A DNA stretch of 48,441 nt. It comes from Clostridia bacterium. Its GTDB lineage: Bacteria > Bacillota > Clostridia > DUPQ01. The notes below the pieces were generated by a model, which was not told where the DNA came from, did not search any database, and was given only the letters and a program-made list of their open reading frames with translations. Shown in pieces: positions 43,890 through 48,441 of the stretch; position 1 is the first letter of the stretch; each line of letters begins with the position of its first letter. The stretch is taken from the NCBI GenBank assembly GCA_030590175.1, contig JAUUZE010000001.1:1-48441 (forward strand), in the 5' to 3' direction. The position numbers and the translations under genes were made by a program.

Positions 43890-44423
43890 CTAGGGCGCCA
43901 GAAAATTTGGCGATAGAGTTTCAAAAATCTTTTTTGAATCTAATTCTGAAGTACCAGTTGCACCAGTTGCACCAACATCCTGTTCACCTTCAATAGTTGA
44001 ATCATCTGTTATATCAGCATCTATTTGAACATTACTTCCACCACCCTCTTTCTTTCCAGTTTGAATAACTTTATTTAATCCGGTTAATCCAGGAGCAGTA
44101 AAACTATCTTCCGCAGGAGTACGTCCACCAAGAATATCTGTAAATGCTTTCATTAGTCTTTCTTGGCTTTGGTTTTTTTGCCCAGCTATATCTTTTAAAG
44201 CTTTTTCACTTAGACTAGATTTAGCTAATTGAGTTCCAAGTCCAGCAAATATATTACCTTCATCACGACCAGCTAATCCACTACCAAGATAATCAAGAAT
44301 GATACTTGTAAGTTCTGGTTTTTCTTTCATAAAACCACCAACCTTACCAAATATTCCTCCTGCATCACCTTGCCCAGTTTGAACTTCATCACCTAAATTT
44401 TTTGCTACATCCATTGGATTCAT
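43890..44423 (-). CDS. Gly-rich hypothetical virion protein (177 aa)
   Basis: ORF track entry with SD GGAGA. It has Gly-rich amphipathic segments. Confidence 0.6.
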   Translation of the reverse strand: MNPMDVAKNLGDEVQTGQGDAGGIFGKVGGFMKEKPELTSIILDYLGSGLAGRDEGNIFAGLGTQLAKSSLSEKALKDIAGQKNQSQERLMKAFTDILGGRTPAEDSFTAPGLTGLNKVIQTGKKEGGGSNVQIDADITDDSTIEGEQDVGATGATGTSELDSKKIFETLSPNFLAP

Positions 44424-44434
44424 TTTAAATCTCC

Positions 44435-44455
44435 TTTGATGATTAAATCATCATA
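44435..44455. repeat. Conserved palindrome copy 21 (variant TTTGATGAT-TAA-ATCATCATA)
   Basis: One mismatch in the core. First member of a doublet with 38-bp spacing. Confidence 0.9.
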
Positions 44456-44472
44456 GCATTTATATTATCCCC

Positions 44473-44493
44473 TTTGATGATTAAATCATCAAA
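44473..44493. repeat. Conserved palindrome copy 22 (centre TAA)
   Basis: Perfect core with a CCC/GGG extension. Second member of the doublet. Confidence 0.95.
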
Positions 44494-44503
44494 GGGAATT
44501 TAA

Positions 44504-45343
44504 TTATAAGAATGATAATGCTCCACCTATTACACCACCTACAATAGCTCCAACCCAATTACCTACTCCAAAACCAGTAGCTGCTCCACTTAAAGCTCCA
44601 CCAACAAATTTTTCTAGATCACTAGCACTACCACCTTTTTTCCCTGAAGTACTTGATGAGCCAGCTCCGGTTAAAAGTCCTAAAACCGATCTTTCAAATT
44701 CATATAAATCTAAAGGCCAAAGTTTATCTTGGATATTCATATCAAGATTAGTATTAATAACATCCAACTTCAAATTATAATATAATTTAACTATATTACT
44801 ATACTGACCAACAACATTCTTATTCCAACTTAAATGTGTTGACCATCTATTAATTGCTATCGGTAATAATTTATATTTAACTTCAGTTTTATATCTATCA
44901 ATAGTCTTATCTTTAGATTCATTTATTAAATTTATTCCGTCTATATAAATACTATTCATAATAGAATTAATATTATCAACTCCAGAATTAAATCTAACAA
45001 TAGAATTATCAACTTCAGTATTAATTAAACTAACTTTCTTTTCAACTAAACTTGTTAGAGGAATACCATTAGTTGTATCATAAAGTATCTGATCAAATAA
45101 TACACTAATATCAAGCCCAGCTAAAAACTTACCATAGATATCAAATAATGATGGAAAATTTCCTATCACACTTCCTACATCAAAAAACAGATCATCAATT
45201 TCTATATCGGTTCTTCCATAAGCTGGAGATTTAGTTGCAACTCCTTCAAGTACCTCAGCTTGTGTATAATCTAAAAGAGTCTGATGTTTACTTTCTAAGT
45301 AATCTGGATATCTAGTTGTATTAACATTAGTATATGAACCCAT
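44504..45343 (-). CDS. Virion protein with a C-terminal glycine-zipper hydrophobic tail (paralog B, 279 aa)
   Basis: Alignable by eye with 45356..46222 (RYPDYLE / RYPAYLE; LWPL..YE.ERS..G.LTGAGSSST). The tail reads GGALSGAATGFGVGNWVGAIVGGVIGGALSFL. Confidence 0.65.
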   Translation of the reverse strand: MGSYTNVNTTRYPDYLESKHQTLLDYTQAEVLEGVATKSPAYGRTDIEIDDLFFDVGSVIGNFPSLFDIYGKFLAGLDISVLFDQILYDTTNGIPLTSLVEKKVSLINTEVDNSIVRFNSGVDNINSIMNSIYIDGINLINESKDKTIDRYKTEVKYKLLPIAINRWSTHLSWNKNVVGQYSNIVKLYYNLKLDVINTNLDMNIQDKLWPLDLYEFERSVLGLLTGAGSSSTSGKKGGSASDLEKFVGGALSGAATGFGVGNWVGAIVGGVIGGALSFL

Positions 45344-45355
45344 AATTATTCCTTA

Positions 45356-46222
45356 TTAAAAGAATGATGTTGCAGCTCCTATAACTCCACCTGCTGCTGT
45401 TATCCAAGAATCACCAGTCATTGCTCCAGCAGCTGCCCCACTAGCAGCACCGCCAAGTGCACTCTTTATATTACTTCCACCTTCATCTTGCTTTGATTTA
45501 GTGCTCGATGAACCAGCTCCAGTTAAAACTCCTATTGCTGATCTCTCATATTCAAAAACATTCAATGGCCAGAGCTTATCTTTAAATAATTTTTCATAAT
45601 TAAACTTTTCAACTCCAAGTTTAATATTATAATAATTCTGTATTACTTCTCCATAACAAATAATAATATCCTTTTGCCAAGTTAATCTATCTGAATAAAC
45701 TTTCATCATATCAGGAAACATATTATATCTAAGTTCTGATTCAAACTTTGAAATCTTAAAAATCTTCTTCTGTTCAATAATAGATTTACCAATTACAAAA
45801 GAACTACTTTCAATAGAATCTATATCACGCATACTAATAGCAAACTTAGCCATAATTCTATCATCTATATCATCATCCAACATATCAGATTTTGATGTAA
45901 CTATATCATCGATAATAGATGTATTAACAATACTATCAAAAACATCATCAAAGATTTCCTCAATATCTAATCCAGCCATATGCTTTCCAAACATATCATA
46001 CAATGCTGGAAAACTAGATATAGTATATCCGGCTGTAAGAAATGCATCATCTATATTTATTGCACTAAAATCAGCATATGGAGAATCTTCTTTAATAACT
46101 GTAACTTGATTATGAACATTATTCAAAAAACTTCTATGAGCAGTTTCTAAATATGCAGGATATCTAACAGTTGTAGTAGTCTGTTTATTTTTATCTTCTG
46201 AAGAACCTCCACCAGAGCCCAT
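45356..46222 (-). CDS. Virion protein with a C-terminal glycine-zipper hydrophobic tail (paralog A, 288 aa)
   Basis: Tandem paralog of 44504..45343. The tail reads GGAASGAAAGAMTGDSWITAAGGVIGAATSFF. Confidence 0.65.
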   Translation of the reverse strand: MGSGGGSSEDKNKQTTTTVRYPAYLETAHRSFLNNVHNQVTVIKEDSPYADFSAINIDDAFLTAGYTISSFPALYDMFGKHMAGLDIEEIFDDVFDSIVNTSIIDDIVTSKSDMLDDDIDDRIMAKFAISMRDIDSIESSSFVIGKSIIEQKKIFKISKFESELRYNMFPDMMKVYSDRLTWQKDIIICYGEVIQNYYNIKLGVEKFNYEKLFKDKLWPLNVFEYERSAIGVLTGAGSSSTKSKQDEGGSNIKSALGGAASGAAAGAMTGDSWITAAGGVIGAATSFF

Positions 46223-46232
46223 AATAATATCC

Positions 46233-46703
46233 TTATAATTTAATTATATAATTTCTAAATGTTTCTGCTATATTAAAATTACTTGCCATATCCCAAATTT
46301 TAGAATTAGCTGAATCAAATTCAAATGCCTTACAATTATTATTCTTTGCAAATGCTAAAGATGTTTCAACAAGTTTTTTATAAACATCTATATTTGATTT
46401 TTCAAAAGCATATAGATATTCTCCATAAAGAATTAAATCACCAGTAATTTTATTAGATAAAATTCTATTAATCATAAGAGCTTTTATTGCTCTGGTTTCT
46501 TTATCTAACATAAAATAACATTGAGCTTTACCACTAAGTAATTCATATAATGTCTGGATATTATAATAGTGAATATCTTTCTCATCTTTTATATGAGTAT
46601 TAGCCATTCCATACTTAATAATTTCCCAATAAGTATAAGTACCTTGTAAATCTCTTGTTGAAATCTGTTGTGGTGTTAGTCTAATTATCATTAATATCTC
46701 CAT
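46233..46703 (-). CDS. Hypothetical protein (156 aa; more likely start is the ATG at 46691, preceded by GGAG)
   Basis: ORF track entry. It overlaps the fibre gene stop (46681-46683). Confidence 0.6.
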   Translation of the reverse strand: MEILMIIRLTPQQISTRDLQGTYTYWEIIKYGMANTHIKDEKDIHYYNIQTLYELLSGKAQCYFMLDKETRAIKALMINRILSNKITGDLILYGEYLYAFEKSNIDVYKKLVETSLAFAKNNNCKAFEFDSANSKIWDMASNFNIAETFRNYIIKL

Positions 46704-46959
46704 GTATTTTTATCTTATAAATATTAAATGCTTCATAATTATTAAGTTTAATTTTTAACTTAAATTCTTTTCCATAACAAGGTAAATATGCTTGACCACC
46801 AGGATTAACCATTACCCAAGGAGTTGATGAAAAACTATCTAATTCAGAATTTCTATAATCAAAACTAACATAAAGAGTTCCGCTAACATCTGTCTCAAGT
46901 TCAACTTTATGAATAGTTTTACTTCGTCTGGTTTCAAAATCTAAGATATCAAAGGTTGT
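46681..46959 (-). CDS. 3'-terminal fragment (92 codons plus stop) of the fibre gene that starts at 1164; it has no start of its own in this linear representation
   Basis: The frame is continuous with 1..1164 via the repeat. Upstream of 46959 the frame hits a stop (46966-46968) within 3 codons. Confidence 0.7.
   Translation of the reverse strand, partial: TTFDILDFETRRSKTIHKVELETDVSGTLYVSFDYRNSELDSFSSTPWVMVNPGGQAYLPCYGKEFKLKIKLNNYEAFNIYKIKIHGDINDN
46837..46959. repeat. Direct repeat copy 2 of 2 (identical to 1-123)
   Basis: 123/123 identity. It is followed at 46960 by an abrupt change in composition. Confidence 0.9.
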
Positions 46960-46965
46960 GGAAGC

Positions 46966-47730
46966 CTATGATTCTTTTTCAAATTCAAGAAGGGAATGGC
47001 CATAGCGATGAGTGGAAAAGTCCGCCTTACTTTCGGTGAAATAACGTGACCAAAATTTTTGTATGGATCGAAACTTTTTGGAATTGGGTGCACTGGCCCC
47101 TGCCACATAGACCTTAACATTGGCGAGGTTGGGAACGAGGTTTTGTTCTTTTTGATTTCGAATCACATTGGAAATGTATTTATTTGTGATCTTATGACGA
47201 CCAAATTTGTATTGCTTAGAATCCTGGATCATATCAGAAAGGATAACCAGGATCTTTTTACGTTTTTCTTTATGGAAGATTGTATCGACAACATTCAAAG
47301 AATTTAGAATTTCCGTATATGGAGTCCCTTTCTTGCGAGACAGGAGTCGGTCTACCGATTTTCGTACGTTTTTCTTAGTCTTGGCCAGGTTTTGTTCGTA
47401 TTGAAGGCGGTTAGTCCATAATGATTGTTTAGGAATTTCCGTATCAATCACCGGTTTGAAGTCGATGTAGGAGTGGCTGGTGATGGTTCCTACGACAATA
47501 CGGTCCCCTTGCCGCAGGTTTTGATAGACTTTATCAAACGCTTTTTGATAAACTGTGCGACGTGCTTTGTTAGTGCTTCCGGACATGTCGACAAAAACAA
47601 CGATCGCCCGCGAAGGTTTTTTATCTTTTCCGAATATCGAAGATGCGTCCGCGTCCCGAATCATTGAACCCAAAAAAAGAAAAGAGCAGAAAAAGATGAT
47701 TAAAAAGAGTCTATATTTCCACCGTCTCAT
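46966..47730 (-). CDS. Secreted/lipoprotein-like von Willebrand factor A (vWA) domain protein, in non-phage-like DNA
   Basis: N-terminal signal-like MRRWKYRLFLIIFFCSFLFLGS and the MIDAS motif VVFVDMSGST. Codon usage and GC are clearly different from the phage. Confidence 0.7.
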   Translation of the reverse strand: MRRWKYRLFLIIFFCSFLFLGSMIRDADASSIFGKDKKPSRAIVVFVDMSGSTNKARRTVYQKAFDKVYQNLRQGDRIVVGTITSHSYIDFKPVIDTEIPKQSLWTNRLQYEQNLAKTKKNVRKSVDRLLSRKKGTPYTEILNSLNVVDTIFHKEKRKKILVILSDMIQDSKQYKFGRHKITNKYISNVIRNQKEQNLVPNLANVKVYVAGASAPNSKKFRSIQKFWSRYFTESKADFSTHRYGHSLLEFEKES

Positions 47731-47918
47731 TGGGGTATACCTCCTTACTGCAGGTAGATAGGCTGAAGGTTAAGTCTGTTAGGGAAAAGCGCATTTTGAG
47801 CAATGTTTGGTGCAAAAAAAAGCTATTTCCAGTAAAAGTCGGCAATCGTACTCTTTAGACTCCTTCAGCCTTCAGTCTAAACAGCTTCAGCCTGACTACA
47901 TGATAGTAGTCACGTTTT

Positions 47919-48441
47919 TCATTTTTTACTCGCCGCCTCAGAACGACGCAATGCGGTGGTTGCGTTTAACAGTTCCTTGCTGTTTTCTTGTTTTTCGAAA
48001 TCCACGCCTATCTCATGTTCCTTTTCAAAAGACTTGGGTTTTGTATGATCAGGACGTTCGCGCTGATTAATTTTGCGATAGTGATAGATGAGTTCCTGGG
48101 CTTCCTGATGAATACGGCTGATTTTTTCCTGTTGTTCGGAAAGAATTTCATTATGTTTTGCTTCAATGGAACGCATGGACTTATTGAGCTGGTTGGTCCG
48201 GCGGTGCAAATGCTCCAACATAGGGTCTTTATCATGGGCAAAGTAGGAGCATAACGTGGCTGCAGCCAAAATAACCAGGTTCAGGCCAACAAATGAGGCT
48301 CCTATAAATTTGCTGCTGGCGAAACTGCCGACCCCACCGGCCACGGAAAGGTCACCCAGGTACTGAACGCGTACATAGCCGATTGCAACCAAGCCGGCTA
48401 TTGTAAGAGTAAATAGTAAGCCTACACCGAGGGCACTCTTC
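47919..48441 (-). CDS. Membrane plus coiled-coil protein, 5'-truncated by the window edge
   Basis: The track ORF is 47919..48392 with a TTG start. The frame stays open upstream to base 48440 (…KSALGVGLLFTLTIAGLVAIG…), so the true start probably lies outside the window. Confidence 0.55.
   Translation of the reverse strand, partial: KSALGVGLLFTLTIAGLVAIGYVRVQYLGDLSVAGGVGSFASSKFIGASFVGLNLVILAAATLCSYFAHDKDPMLEHLHRRTNQLNKSMRSIEAKHNEILSEQQEKISRIHQEAQELIYHYRKINQRERPDHTKPKSFEKEHEIGVDFEKQENSKELLNATTALRRSEAASKK

Noticed and set aside
1627-44493. The palindrome family considered as a CRISPR array
   Set aside because: Copies are scattered at irregular kb-scale intervals in intergenic gaps, not separated by uniform ~30-40-bp spacers. 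No cas genes are present.
1627-44493. The palindromes considered as plain rho-independent terminators
   Set aside because: Most copies lack a downstream T-tract in the transcribed sense. The sequence is conserved far beyond what a terminator needs. The phage also has canonical terminators of unrelated sequence. A partial terminator or stabiliser role for some copies (5055-5091, 33989-34016) remains possible.
406-48254. Many short track ORFs antisense to or nested in larger genes (for example 406-636, 2458-2679, 4203-4397, 5340-5678, 5384-5620, 9124-9327, 9736-9954, 11209-11487, 11414-11620, 11762-11956, 12882-13083, 13574-13956, 14166-14435, 16853-17113, 19075-19299, 19936-20269, 23023-23205, 24979-25200, 27777-27980, 28715-29027, 30656-30859, 30994-31185, 32454-32672, 34538-34759, 35011-36063, 37816-38007, 42023-42485, 47059-47761, 47807-48070, 47988-48254)
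   Set aside because: These are shadow ORFs typical of AT-rich DNA. They have low-complexity I/F/N/K-rich translations, no SD, and full overlap with motif-bearing genes on the other strand or frame.

Overview
The window holds an AT-rich tailed dsDNA phage genome (about 30% GC by eye) that looks essentially complete. Bases 1-123 recur exactly at 46837-46959, so the phage unit is 46,836 bp and the window is a circular permutation of it. The last ~1.5 kb (46960-48441, about 45% GC by eye) is compositionally different, cellular-looking DNA encoding a secreted vWA-domain protein and a membrane/coiled-coil protein. Two divergent transcription arms leave a repeat-rich control region at 19.3-21.2 kb. 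(1) The rightward early/replication arm (19880-38814) carries many small ORFs, two pentapeptide-repeat paralogs, an ATP-dependent DNA ligase, a Cas4-like PD-(D/E)XK nuclease, a Sak4-like ATPase, a ParB-DNA methyltransferase fusion, ThyX, a UDG-like/3'-5' exo/family A DNA polymerase, a CCA-adding-like nucleotidyltransferase and a helicase-like ATPase. (2) The leftward lysis/virion arm runs 19248 down to 1 and continues 46836 down to 38786. It carries an HTH regulator, a holin-like ORF, an amidase endolysin, a LamG protein, a methyltransferase, a glycosyltransferase, TerL, portal, scaffold, capsid, an RCC1 propeller, a fibre, Gly-zipper paralogs and a 1412-aa internal protein. I saw no integrase, phage RNA polymerase, tRNA or CRISPR array. 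The most unusual signal is a perfectly conserved 21-bp palindrome (TTTGATGAT-TAA/TTA-ATCATCAAA) present in 22 copies. Twenty sit in intercistronic gaps or non-coding control/leader DNA on both arms, one provides the thyX stop codon, and one is in frame inside the 1412-aa gene. A 13-bp half-site array also runs into one copy. The control region further contains four consensus sigma70-type promoters and several 9-10-bp-phased tandem repeat arrays, including two inverted AACCG arrays flanking an AT-rich core (a candidate origin). All functional calls rest on motifs read by eye; no database search was possible.
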